This document shows, piece after piece, positions 22,735 to 35,404 of a DNA stretch of 64,000 nucleotides. The translations under genes and the position numbers were made by a program. Position 1 is the stretch's first letter, and every line of letters begins with the position of its first letter. The stretch comes from Asterias rubens (taxonomy: Eukaryota): contig NC_047077.1 of the NCBI RefSeq assembly GCF_902459465.1, forward strand, positions 6,696,001 to 6,760,000. Reading direction: 5' to 3'. Below the pieces are notes generated by a model, which saw only the letters and a program-made list of their open reading frames with translations, made no database searches and was not told where the DNA came from.

Positions 22735-22940
22735 TTTTACGTGGGCGCGGCCATTTTGTTTTTGCAAAGTTTAAAACAACAGAGGGCGCTATCCATTGCT
22801 CGAAACGTTGTCGTTTATTAGCGCAACGAGTTAACAATATACATATTAGTGCGGCTTTCTTGCAAGGAGAAGACGGTGTCTTTGTGTCAGTTGCAGAGCT
22901 CTAAACATTACTTTGCCATCGAGGTTTTAAACGGTAAGTT
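22735..22940. promoter_or_regulatory. Candidate divergent promoter of ELP6 and a plus-strand transcript
   Basis: CpG-rich patch. YY1-like CAAAATGGCCGC on minus at 22747-22758, AGAGGGCGC motif near 22781-22789, and a strong plus-strand donor AAACG|GTAAGT at 22933/22934. Confidence 0.5.
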
Positions 22941-24534
22941 CTCAACACTTAGATTAATAGTCGTCGTTGATATGCTAAACAAACTCTGCAATGTATTTTG
23001 CTTTACCAGTTTCTGACTGCAGACGTAGGTCTATTGATTTCACTGTTGTGTTCCTTAAAAAAAATCAAAACCAACCGTGCCATATCGGGGAAATGGTGCA
23101 ATTAGGCCGTATCCTATGGCATGGGGATTTGTATTGTACATGGTCAGTGTACTAGGACTGTCCCGGCGTGTGACCACATGGTCACGGTGTGACCATCCCT
23201 GGAGGAAGGAAGGCATTGCGACTAATTATGTTTTTATATGTTTTGACTTTTGGGTTATGTTATCGTAATGTTAGTCTCAATGTCTCTTCATACGTTCTAA
23301 TGGTTGAAGATAGTCGAACTGACTGCAAGACATCATGAGTGACTACTCCTACTAGAACTATTTCGGTTTTGTCCGGCTATCGCCTCCCGTAACCTCATAG
23401 GTTTATATCTCTCATGCGTAAAACGATGATGATGGTTTCAATGAATCTTGGAATCACAAATATCTCTTCTTCTTTTTTTTATCTCACCAAAATTTAGCTC
23501 TATGTGTCCTTTGATATCTCAATGTCCGAGGGGACGACCAGAGAATCCACTCCGCAATCTAAAAATTGGTTAAAAATGATAAATTCTTACCGTAATTTCG
23601 GAGTCCCTATCTACTGTACTTGATACTGTTCTGCCAACAATTTGCAGACACCTCTTTTTAATTTTGCGAGAGTAGGTCACGAGAGGGCAGGTACGATCTG
23701 TGCTTTATGTACAAAACATATGTCCATGCAGCACGGAACCACGAAGCTCGCACAGGGTACCAGTATGTATACACTTTTTGCACACGCAGCAAACAGCCGT
23801 AGGTAAAACATTCGCAACGTTAACTGTGTTTTACCCGGCCATGTGCACGTGCGCTCTCAATCAGTCTATCTATCAGCTTAACGTCCCATCCGAAGGACGA
23901 GGCATTGAATAGTTAAGAAGTGTCTTGCTTATGACACAAGTGTCGCGGCCGAGACTTGAACCAACACTCTGCTATTTTATACAGCATAGCTTGCCTGTGC
24001 ATTGATCATTGATGGGTTAGTTTTGGGTACCGGAAACTAAACTTGAAATGTGACTCGTTACATGTACATTGATAATGATAAGCAAAAAAACAACACAAGC
24101 CTATTATTTTTGGCATGCAACTGGCGAGCTTTTGATAAATGGATTGAGAGAGCACTGCCAACACGGTTTATAGAAAATTTACAACTGCCCACTAGTCAGG
24201 ATTTCAGGAGTCAAAATTATTTTTGATTCAGGTTTCCGTTCCCATACCTCGAAATTCAGTGCGGCCACGCACGATGCAACCGTAGCTGTTGATGCCCCTC
24301 TTACTGGCTAACATACACCTGGAATAAATTCACCTCTCCTCACGCCCGCTGCCATGCCTTTTTCTTCTGTTGACCACCATGCACAATCTAAACTGTGTAT
24401 TGGTTTTCTGTTATCCAGTTACAATAATGGCGTTACAATCAGTCTGATGCAAAACGACAAATTGTCCACTCATTACTAAGTCAAGTTCATGAGAAAGGGT
24501 CCATTTTCTACGGTCAAGTCCTAGTCAAGTCTTA

Positions 24535-24735
24535 ATCCAAGACGTCACTATCTCATACTCGTAACGTAAATGTGATAACCCGACAGAGGGCAAGCTTTTC
24601 TTTTTGATTTCATTTTGGTTGACGGCGGGAGTTCGTCCAAGTCACTAGTCTTGGTCCAAGATGTCACTATCTCATGCTCGTGATAACATGGATAACCGGA
24701 CAGCCTTTCTTCTTTATTTCATTTTGGTTGACAAC
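24535..24735. repeat. Diverged tandem duplication, unit about 115 bp
   Basis: TCCAAGA.GTCACTATCTCAT.CTCGT...ATTTCATTTTGGTTGAC occurs twice. Confidence 0.75.
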
Positions 24736-25124
24736 TGTGTCTGATCCAACCAAGAATAGACTTGCACAAAGCTAATGGGCAATATTGCCCGCTGTCTATG
24801 ATGCATGGTGTAGCGAGGCTGGGAAATATTTCATGTGAAGGTTATGGACCCAAGACAACCAAGTCACTGACTCCAGTCTCCAATTCTTGTACAGTGGCAC
24901 CTAATGCACTCAAGTACGTATTGTAATTAGGTGTTTCCTTTTGGTGCAATGCTAATCAGTCCATCAATGATTCATTACCTGAAATCAACACCACTTGTTG
25001 AACTACATGATGTACTGAAAGTAAAAGCAGTTTCTCACACTTGACGAATTATAGGCCAAAGGCTACCAGGGCCATGCATGGTTCTTCCTGATGCACAAGC
25101 TAGCATTTAGGTGTGACTGTTTAA

Positions 25125-25505
25125 AGGCAGTGGACACTAGTGGTAATTACTCAAAATATATATTAGCATAAAAACTTTCTTGGTGACGAGCAATGGGGAG
25201 AGATTGATGGTATAAAACATTATGAGAAACGGCTCTCTCTGAAGTGCCATAGTTTTCGAGAAAGAAGTAATTTTCCATGAATTTGATTTCGAGACCTCAA
25301 GATTTAGAACTTGAGGTCTCGAAATCAACCATCTAAATGCACACAACTTCGTGTGAAAAAGGGTATTTTTTTCTTTCATTATTATCTTGCAAGTTCGACG
25401 ACCGATTGAGCTCAAATTTTCACAGGTTTGTTATTTTATGCTTAAGTTTAGATACACCAACTGTGAAAGCTAGTCTTTAACCATTACCAATAGTGTCCAC
25501 TGCCT
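25125..25505. mobile_element. Kolobok-like MITE, family A
   Basis: TTAA|AGGCAGTGGACAC...ATTACCAATAGTGTCCACTGCCT|TTAA. Confidence 0.82.
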
Positions 25506-26399
25506 TTAAATGTAAGACCAGCTGTGAACGCCCCTTCAGCATTTGTAGCCGTGCACCTTTTCAGGCCTCGAACTTTGTTCTTAAAGGGCACAACATTTTT
25601 CCTCTTTGTATTAGGGGCACTTCTACTATGAGGAAATTGTCAATTTTTGTTTTTGAACGTTGCAAAGGGCACCACAGCAAAAGCACACGGCACCTCAGTA
25701 ATAGCTGCGGATGCCATGGGTTACATGTCAACGATACGAGGCATGCCTTTTGGAGCACTACATAGCTTAAAACCTATAAAAGCTTAAATCACTGGGTTGT
25801 GGCACTCGGGTCGTGGCTGTGTGATAAAGACCACGCCTTTGGCCGTGTTGGCTCAGTCGTGGATCACCTGGCTGGCCACGACCATGCTGGTTTAAAATAT
25901 CAATGTTTTTGTATTGTACCACAATCATTATAAACTGGGAATTAATTTACTTATTTTGTGTACACGTGTGCATGCCTTGAACTTCACTCTTGAAGGGGCA
26001 CAACAATTTTCCTCTGGTAGGGGGCAATTCTATGGGGAAATGTAAGATTGTATTGGAACCTTGCACAGGCCACCACAGCAAAAGTACAGGGCATCCGGCC
26101 GGCAGTTGCTGTGGGTGCCAGAGGTTATTTTGAGGCTTGCGTGTACACTCTCTACATCAATACTCATCTTTCAAAATATTTATATTCATTGGTGACCTTT
26201 ATATTATGGTTTTACAAAATGTTTTACAAAAATTGTAATAAAACTGTCAAATACCAGTACATTTTGAGATTTTTTGTTAAGAGTAATACTGCTATCTTTT
26301 TAAATGACCATATTACTTCAAAGTAAAATGATTCTAAAAATGTTAAAATTATATCGAAAGCTGATTTCTAACCAAGTATGTTTTTATACTAGCCATTTG

Positions 26400-27965
26400 A
26401 CGTATTATACCTTCCCTTTAAAAGTGCTTAGTGTGCATAAACATGCAATGTCAGTTTGCTGTGCGAACTTGCTTGACCAAAACGTTTCTTGCAATAAATT
26501 AAAAATATAAACAGGCAACTACACTACATTGTACACTTAGTCTAAAAACACAGCATTAGCTGAGTCACTGGTCTCATTTGTATTCTGGTGCAACTTCACT
26601 GTAGTTGCAAACTATTTCAACTTTTAGGGCAAAACAAATCTGATATCTTTTTACAACCAAATTTAAGACTGATTACAAAATGTACCTTTCCTTTTAAAAG
26701 TATTCAGTATGAGTAAGCATAAACATGCAATGTCAGTTTGGTGTGCGAACTTGCTGGACCAAAACGTTTTTTGCAATAAACTTTAAAATATTAATGGGCA
26801 CCTACACTACATTTATTCTAAAAACACAGTAGCTGAGTCACTGGTCTCATTTGCATTCTGGTGCCACTTCACTGTAGTTGCAAACTATTTCAACTTTTAG
26901 GGCAAACAAATCTGATATCTTTTTACAACCACATTTTAAGACTGATTACAAAATGTACCTTGCCTTTTAAAAGTATTCAGTATTAGTAAGTATAAACATG
27001 AATTCAGTTTGGTGTGCGAACTTGCTGGACCAAAATGTTCTTGCAATAAACTTTAAAATATTAATGGGCACCTACACTACATTTATTCTAAAAAACACAC
27101 TGTAGCTGAGTCACTGGTCTCATTTGCATTCTGGTGCAACTTCACTATAGTTGCAAACTATTTCAACTTTTAGGGCAAAACAAATCTGATATCTTTTTAC
27201 AACCAAATTTAAGACTGATTACAAAATGTACCTTTCCTTTTAAAAGTATTCAGTGTGAGTAAGCATAAACATGCAGAGGCCACCACAGCAAAAGCACAGG
27301 GCATCAGGCCGGCAGTTGCGAACTTGCTGGACCAAAACGTTTCTTGCAATAAACTTTAAATTATTAATGGGCACCTACACTACATTTATTCTAAAAACAC
27401 AGTAGCTGAGTCACTGGTCTTATTTGCATTCTGGTGCTACTTCACTGTAGTTGCAAACTATCACATTCAAGTTTTAGGGCAAAACAAATCTGATATCTTT
27501 TTACGACCACATTTTAAGACTGATTACAAAATAATATGTACCTTTCCTTTTAAAAGTATTTAGTATTAGTAAGCATAAACATGAATTCAGTTTGGTGTGC
27601 GAAATTGTTGGACCAAATCGTTTCTCGCAATCAACTTTAAAATATTAATGGGCACCTACACTACATATTAGTCTAAAACACAGTTTTAACTGCTCACTGG
27701 CATCATTTACATTCTAATGCCACTCCACTGTAGTTGAAATCAGATTAAAATTTTATGGCATAAAATCATACTTTAAGAGTTATTACCAAATGTACCTTCC
27801 CTTTTAAAAGTGTTCAGTAAGCAAACATGCATGGTCAGTTTGCTGTGCGAAATTGCATGACCAAATCGTTTCTCGCAATCAACTTTAAAATATTAATGGG
27901 CCCCTACATGTAAATTATACACAATATTAGCAGTGGTGACTCGTCTCATTTGTATTCTAGTGCCA
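26400..27965. repeat. Tandem satellite, unit about 275 bp, 5-6 copies
   Basis: AAACATG anchors at 26439, 26721, 26994, 27267, 27577 and 27823. Confidence 0.92.
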
Positions 27966-30900
27966 AACTATCTACCCTGACCGTAATGCTTCATGCACTG
28001 ACTAAGACTCCACATCGTATCTTGTCAAAACATCTTATTAGATTATTTCCTTGGTCCTCTCATTACTTAAGATCCCCAGGAAATGTCAAGGCTCAATGTG
28101 AGAATCTGATTAGATTCTGATCTAATCAGTCGATAGTCTGCTTAATAGATGGTCTCTATTAGAAAACTGTTCCCAGGATCTCATAATCCTTTTAGTAACT
28201 AAGTGAGGAAAGTATTTCTTGTTGTTGTTAAGAAGGTTTAATTTTGATGAAGTTTTGGCTGAGACAGCCAATTAGGGTATTGCTCTCTGGCTAGTCAGTG
28301 TTAAATGCAATCAGAAAGCAGGGATTTGTTAGCAGTCTCCCTTAACTTAAGTCCGCTGGCCAAATGCCAGATCAAACTCCAGAGGACCAGTCAAAATTCA
28401 CTCCAAGTGGTCTGACTGGCTAGGTAATTATGAAAGCTAACTGTATTTCTTAAAAACTTGTAAGCTTTTGGCTAACAAAGTAAAAGACCAGTATTCTCAA
28501 TTGTTGTATCCCAACTAAGAATGCATTAAATAACAATTTGGACTAAATTGGTCATCAAAGTTGTAAGAGAATAATGAAAGAAAAAAACACTCTTGTTGCA
28601 CAAATTAGTGTGATTTCACATGGCTAATATTATCAGGCCTAAAGTATTTTAATATTTGTGTTAGAAATTAGCTCTTTCTCAAAAAGTATTGTAACATGTA
28701 CTTCAGAGAGCGCTGTTTCTCATTTGTTTACTAGATTGCTCCGTTGCCCGTTACCAAGTAAGTTTTCTAGCTAATAATTATTTTTTTGAGTAATTACCAA
28801 ATAGTGTCCAGTGCCTTTTAAACTGACTTTTAGCACCGTTCTGAACAACCTCTAACTTAGCCCTGCACTTGAGTCTAATTAAAAGATTTGTATCATGCAA
28901 GCTTGAGGTCATTCTGTCCAAAAGTTTCTGAACACCTGACACCATTTATTACAATGTTTGAACAGGTACCATATGGCTAGCATCCCCTTGGGTCTTCTGG
29001 ACCCTGCTGGCTTTGTACACACCAACAATTCACTGCCTCAATCAACCTCAATCATAATGGATCTAGCATTAGGGTGCTGGTACAGGTGATTTACTTATTG
29101 AATACATGTGTAGACATCTGAAGATAGATTCAGTTCTGGGCGAGTCTGTACTAAGGTGAAGCCAAGTATGTGGAACTTGAGAATTTGCCTGATGTTATCC
29201 AGGGATGTTGTGATATTTTACTGCCTTGTCTTGTCTTGTCTGGATGGAAGAAGGAGGTTACTTTATGATTTTGTATTGATGTAGACCTATACCTTTGGCA
29301 TTACTTTAAACATGTAGTTTGTTACTTGATATTTGAAAATGAAAAGTTGCATGCCCTTGAAATGAAGTGATCCTTCTGCTGCCGTTGTGATCCTTGGCTT
29401 TATGGCACCCCTTAAGACTGACAAAATAGGGAGACCACAAATATTAGGACCAGATAGCTCAGTTGGTGGAGCAATGCTCTAGTCAATTTGTCCTAGTTTA
29501 ACAAAAATTTTTTAAAGTGTATTCAGTCAGTTTCCTATACATAGTTTATTCTTAAATATTTTGGCCACACAATCGTAGAGCCAAATTGCCCCATAGTGTT
29601 TACATACTGGTTGACATTAGCAATGTACACACAGTTGAGGTTTGTTCCATCGTAGAATTTAATTAAAAGTAATGAAAAAGCAGGTCATGCCTGGAATGTG
29701 TGTAAACATAAAGACTGGGTTTATTGCATATTAAACAATCCCAAACCTCAACATATCAAACTTATACTGCAATGCAATGCTACAGGTATCTTTAAATACT
29801 TTTTGCTGTGCGATCATGCCATAAATAACAAATATTGTCAAACCTCCATGGTACAGTGTTTTTTTGTGTGTAAGGTGGGACAACTATCAAGCTGCCAATT
29901 ATGGTACGGAAGAGGGGGGGTAGAAGGAGTTGAGTTGACTTATGGCAAGTAGGAAAGGGTTTAGGGAGGATGCCACAGAGTTGATAGCCTCTATGGTAAT
30001 TATGGAATGCCTAGGAAGTATGGAAGGAGTGGTATCTTTCCTTGCCTTCCACATCTAGGGTTGGGTCCCAATCCTGCAGAGGCACTATGTAGATTGAGTG
30101 CTCAGTCCTGACCTGATTGCGTTAGTTTTCTGTGCATATCAAACTGAAACTTCCTTCTTTGTCTTATCTCCATTGGGTCCCTTATCTTAGAGTCCCTGGC
30201 TTCATAACCAGAATTATTAAATGCAGTGAAATGAAATTTAAATTCTCCTGACAGTTCTGTTTCACCATTCTTTCACTATGGTTTCTCTCTGCACACCAAG
30301 CAGGAACCATCACCGCTTGATAGTAAATCATCCACTGAACAAATCAATCTGTCTATCTATCATCCAACCCACCAGATTGTCAACATCGTTATCTTCCTTA
30401 ATCCCTAATCAGTCTGATCCATTCATTAATCATGGATAAGATTACACCTGTCATAAAAAAACCTGTCAAATCCAAGACCAATCAGCGTTTGACTTTTAAC
30501 ACCTATGTGGAGTTAATTAATTGCTCCACATTAAAGGGGACCATTTATGGGCTCTTGCACACAACAGCATTGAATACTTGGTTTTATTGCTCTGTGCAAT
30601 GTGTACAAGTACATAGGCTAGGTGTTGAATGAGTGGAGGACTACAGTCATTAAGTGCATCCATGCATGGAGCAAGGGGCTGTTCATTGATACAGTACAGA
30701 ATACTGTATCAAGAGTACAGAATAGTACATGTAGGAATGATTCTGAACAAGTCTAGAATTGTTACGCTACATACACTGTACACAAGTGCAGCCAATCCTA
30801 GACCCAGTAACTGGTGCGCTGTACAGTATTCCTTTTTTCTTAATTTTGACATTATACATGGAGGTAGAATTCTACCTCCATGGTCATGGTCATACTAGCG

Positions 30901-32402
30901 TGACCGATAATGTCAAAATTTAGAAAAAAGGAATACAGCGCCCCAGTTACTTGGTCTATAAGCCAATCCAGATTATTGGTCTTACAGTGATTGGGAACGT
31001 GGCGAGTAGGCTACATGCAGAGGAAGGTGTTGAATGAAGGGAATGAAAATATTACGGTGATGTTAAGATCAAAAGAAGTGCTAGAGTTAACAGACTGTCA
31101 CCATTGTGGTGATTGAAACACCAGTCCAGGATGACATAACACCTCAGCTAGTACAGAGTGAGTGGGTCCGCACAACTAACATAAACATGAACAGAACAGG
31201 ATCACAATTTCACTTGCCAAAAACGATGCCACCGTCAAAGGCTGGAAGCAAGTCGATGACAACTGCCGACATTTTTCCAACATGAAGGTATAACCCTACT
31301 GAGGCTCGAAACTCGGTGATTTCTGAGGAGCAGACGGTTGCAACTGGTTCAATTTGTTGTAATTGCTGTTGTTCTCTGTTCTTTGATCCTTGGCAGGCCA
31401 GGTCTTGGTCTCAGAGTTTGGTCTAGACCTAGGAGGCCATTCTGAGGATTTTCAGGACTCTGACCTTTGGGACCAGGCCAATACCCAGGCCCTGCCTCTA
31501 TGGTCTGTGTCAATTACTGGAACTTCAGTACTACATGGTAGGTCTCGACTTGTTATTTGTGCCTGAGACCTTCTCATTGTCTGTGATGATGTCCATCTGC
31601 AATTATTGGATCTCTGACCCTTGGAACTTTGTCAATCCCCAGTGAAGCTATGGTCTATAGATAAATACTTGACCTTCAGAACCTAGGTCTCTGACCTTTG
31701 ATACTTGGTCTAGGCTCAGGTCTTCCTCCACTGTCCATTACTGGACCTTCAATACTCGCATCTCAGATATTTGAGATGTAGGGCATCCACGTATTTTTTT
31801 CTATCCCTTGGTCTCTGTTCTTGGATTTCAATTCTTGCTCCTAGACCTTTAGAATTTGGCCGTATTCTTATAAATAAAGTAGCAGGCTATAGAATGTTCT
31901 CATAAAACATCTTCAGATCTATGACTGGCGCCAGAGGTTTTATTGCTGGCTGCCTGTGCGATCAATTTTGTAGCTACAGCGAGCCCACGCAATAATAATG
32001 CAAACAGAGCCATTTCTGTTCTGTGGTTTGCGGAGGATTGCTTGTGATGCCAGCCAAGGCTCTGTTGGTGCCAGCCAACCTGACTATTTAGCAACAATCC
32101 ACGTCTATTAAATAGCTCATTAGTCAACCTTGCAATCTATGTTATTTAGACTACATGTACTAATAATGCATAGTGTAACACACATTTGCATAATTTACAA
32201 TCAACTCAAGTGTAATATTGAATTTCTTGTTCACCAAACGATAGGGGTGACATGTTCATGTATGCTTCCAGTCTGAAATAGTGATGGTAATTTTGTACAT
32301 TTATTTCTGGAACAATTTGTTGGGTACAACTTCCAGGACATTTGAATTTCCTTGACATCAAAGTGTGTATCAGGTAGTTTTGTATTTCAAGGTACATGTT
32401 AA

Positions 32403-32551
32403 GGCCAATATATAGTAGGTGGTCGCGTGATGGTCGGGCGTCGAAAATCTTGACGCGCAATCATCAAAAGACACGTTTTTAGGCCTCAGTCTTAGGATTG
32501 CGCGCAAGATTTCCGTCGCGCAACCATCACGCGACCGACTATAAACCGGCC
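32403..32551. mobile_element. Small TTAA-flanked foldback MITE
   Basis: TTAA|GGCC...GGTCGCGTGATGGT...ACCATCACGCGACC...GGCC|TTAA. Confidence 0.75.
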
Positions 32552-34435
32552 TTAAGTCTCCTTACTTCTGATTGCAACTTTGCATTTGGAGACAGTCAAT
32601 ACAATTGACCATTCAAACACAAAGCCCAGTACAAAATTAAATTTAAAAAAACCCTCCACTTGATTGTCCCAGCCATCGTTCTTTGTTGAAGCCGCATCCT
32701 TTCATCCTTTTAACAAACTTTAAACAAATATCTTTGTCTCCAAAAAGGCTACACTTTTTTGTTTTTAAGTATTTTCAAAGCCAGCAAATTCTCCTGTTCT
32801 CCTTGAAACAGAATTAAAAAGAACGCCCTCACGTCCTCTTGCAGAAAAACCAGGAGACCATCTAATGGGCTGGCAAGCCTTTTGTCTGTAATTTTGCAAC
32901 TTCTTCGGGTAGCAATGTCTGTCCAGCACTGTGTTTCTCTACAGGCTATTTTCAACGATACTATATGAGCGTATAATTGAATTGTACCTCTGAGAGGGAA
33001 CCAGTTGTTTCAGGTTGACATGACTCACAGAATCCATACAGATTACCGTGGATCATCCGGGTAATGGAAAACATGATCTAAGAACAGTTACTCTAATAGA
33101 CTCTGGTTGTAGTCATCAATTAACAAACAGACATGCTCCATTACAAGATGGATCCTACCTGGCTCAAAACTAATGCTGGACAGCAGGTCCGAGGCCAGTG
33201 TTTTCAGCATTGGGCCAGTAAACTTACTGTACGGATCTTTGAGTTTGAGTCTGTACAATGTTTGCCCATACTTTTAAGTAATACACCACAAGGGAAAATG
33301 ACTGAATAAAATTGATTAATTTGACAAAATAACAAAATATGGAGACCGCTGATATATAGGGCTAGATAGCTGAGTTATCTTAATAAAGTACTGGCATATT
33401 ATTAATTTGGACATGGCAATGGGTTTGCTTTGCACCATCCCTGTTAAAATGCATTATTAGGGTAAACAAATCAAAGTTGTTTCGTTTTGGAAAAAACCAA
33501 TCGGTGACGTGACGCAACTGTAATATATATTTTTGTAATGTACAGAATCGAGGGCAGGGACTACCAGTTGGGGATACATATGTAAACATTTTCAAGTACT
33601 TCTTTAATCTGCATTTACGTGTATACTGCTGTTACATACAGTACACGTGTAGCTATGGGCACTTCCTTACTCATGTGAATTACATCACTTGCAATGCTCA
33701 CCCCCTGAGTAGGAAACCACAAGGCCACGGGGGACAATCAAATTATGGGAGCAAGGTGGTGAATGCTGGCTGGATGTGATGGGTAGTGGCTGGTGCTGGT
33801 ACCAGTCTGTTCTCTGTAGCACAGTTTACATTATGTCAAACTATAATTGAACCACGTAGAGTTTTTTGGTCGTCAGTTTATAGTTTATCCATGGTTCATG
33901 TTTTGAAGGCAATGAGACACCTTTGGACCAGTATTCTCACTTGGTGTATCCCAACATAAAATAACAAACCTGTGAAAATTTGAACTCAAATGGTCTTCGA
34001 AGTTGCAAGATATAATGAAGGAAAAAAACAAACTTGTTCCAAAAATGTGTGTGCTTTCAGATGCCTCAAAAGGCTTCAGGCCTGAAGTCAATATTTCTGT
34101 GAGAAAATTAACCTCCTTCTCAAAAACTACATTACTTCAGAGGGAGCCGTTTCTCACAATCTTGTATACTATCAACAGCCTTCCATTGCTTGTTACCAAA
34201 TCAGTTTTTGTGCTAACAATTATTTTGAGTAATTTCCAATAGTGCCGAGTGTCTTTAACTCTCGTTTCATGGGTTATCAAAGTTCACTGGTACATTTGGG
34301 GGGGTGGGGGGGGGAATTGATTTCCTTCCTCCATGGTTGGATCTACTTATGGATAACCAATATTGTCGGTTATTATAATCTCCATGTGACACATCCTGTA
34401 AATGTTTACATGTCATGCATGTTTTATTGCTTTAA

Positions 34436-34812
34436 AGACAGTGGACACTATTGGTAATTGTCAAAGACCAGGCTTCTCACTTGGTGTATCTCAACATTGC
34501 ATAAAATAACAAACCTGTGAAAATTTGAGCTCAATCAGTCGTCGAGTTTGCGAGATAATAATGAAAGAAAAAACACCCTTGTCACACGAAGTTGTGTGCT
34601 TTCTGATGCTTGATTTCGAGACCTCAAATTCTAAACTTGAGGTCTCAAAATCAAATTTGTCTAAAATTACTTCTTTCTCAAAAACTGCGTCACTTCAGAG
34701 GGAGCTGTTTCTCACAATGTTTTATACCATCAACCTCTCCCCATTACTCGTAATCAATAAAGGTTTTATGATGATAATTATTTTGAGTAATTACCAATAG
34801 TGTCCACTGCCT
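34436..34812. mobile_element. Kolobok-like MITE, family A
   Basis: TTAA both sides, TIRs present, opposite orientation to the 25125 copy. Diverged relatives lie at about 33905-34258 and 28490-28817. Confidence 0.82.
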
Positions 34813-35111
34813 TTAAAGAACATCATATTACATGTGTTGTTAAACATATCAAGTTTTTTTCTTTTAATAAAGTCTGTATTTCCATGGTATTCCTTATATT
34901 CACAGAAACCCGTTTTATGTCTCGACATGCCGAGAAGTACTGTCTGTATCTATCCGATGGATAGGAGCTCTGAGCCGAGATAAACACAGTCTCTAAAAGG
35001 TAAGATTCTGACCCCAATTTCATTCAGTTCAAACAGCATTCTCCCTTAACAGTATTCAGCTGGCTTTGCTTGTTGAAACACAGAGGACCAGTCAAAATTC
35101 ACTCCCAAGTG

Positions 35112-35404
35112 AGAGCAACTATAAATATAAATATGAATAGTAAACTTGCGGGTACAACCATGGGTAAAATCTCTTTTGAGGGAGTGGTGGCTCTGAAAAG
35201 AGCCGGTTTGGTCTCGACGTTTCAAACAGTATACTCTGCTTGTCTTCAGGAGAAGAGTATACTGTTTGAAACGTCGAGACCAAACACTCAGAGCCACCAC
35301 TCCTTCAAAAGAGTTTTTACCCATGGTTGTACCCGCAAGTTTACTATTCATATTTATATTTATAGTGGCTCTTATTCTCCACACCATGCAAAGCTTCAAA
35401 CACC
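35112..35404. mobile_element. Penelope-like element pLTR remnant with inverted duplication
   Basis: Arms 35112-35253 and 35254-35370 are inverted copies. A unique 3' tail runs to 35404. Exact 15-bp direct repeats ATTCACTCCCAAGTG flank it (35097-35111, 35405-35419). It carries a hammerhead motif. Confidence 0.7.
35212..35253 (-). ncRNA. Minimal type I hammerhead ribozyme motif
   Basis: Minus strand reads UCUC-CUGAAGA-C-AAGCAG(AGUAUA)CUGUUU-GAAA-C-GUC^GAGA. This gives both core boxes, a 6-bp helix II, a 4-bp helix I (UCUC/GAGA) and a loopless palindromic helix III (ACGU). Confidence 0.7.

Noticed and set aside
23330-24480. Exon-like and protein-like fragments on both strands
   Set aside because: Stops occur in every frame and I could not build a consistent phase chain or recognise a family.
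25137-25415. Recurring ORFs such as [21 protein letters not shown] (also 454, 6533, 6559, 12588, 12611, 34003, 34525, 51325)
   Set aside because: These are translations of the non-coding family A MITE. They are short and frame-inconsistent between copies.
26400-27965. CRISPR-like appearance of the repeat arrays (also 51006-51168, 14091-14185)
   Set aside because: There are no unique spacers between short identical repeats, no cas genes, and the context is eukaryotic.
32749-32955. 68-aa minus-strand ORF with helical-looking composition
   Set aside because: It has an alternative start, no recognisable homology and no supporting neighbouring exons.
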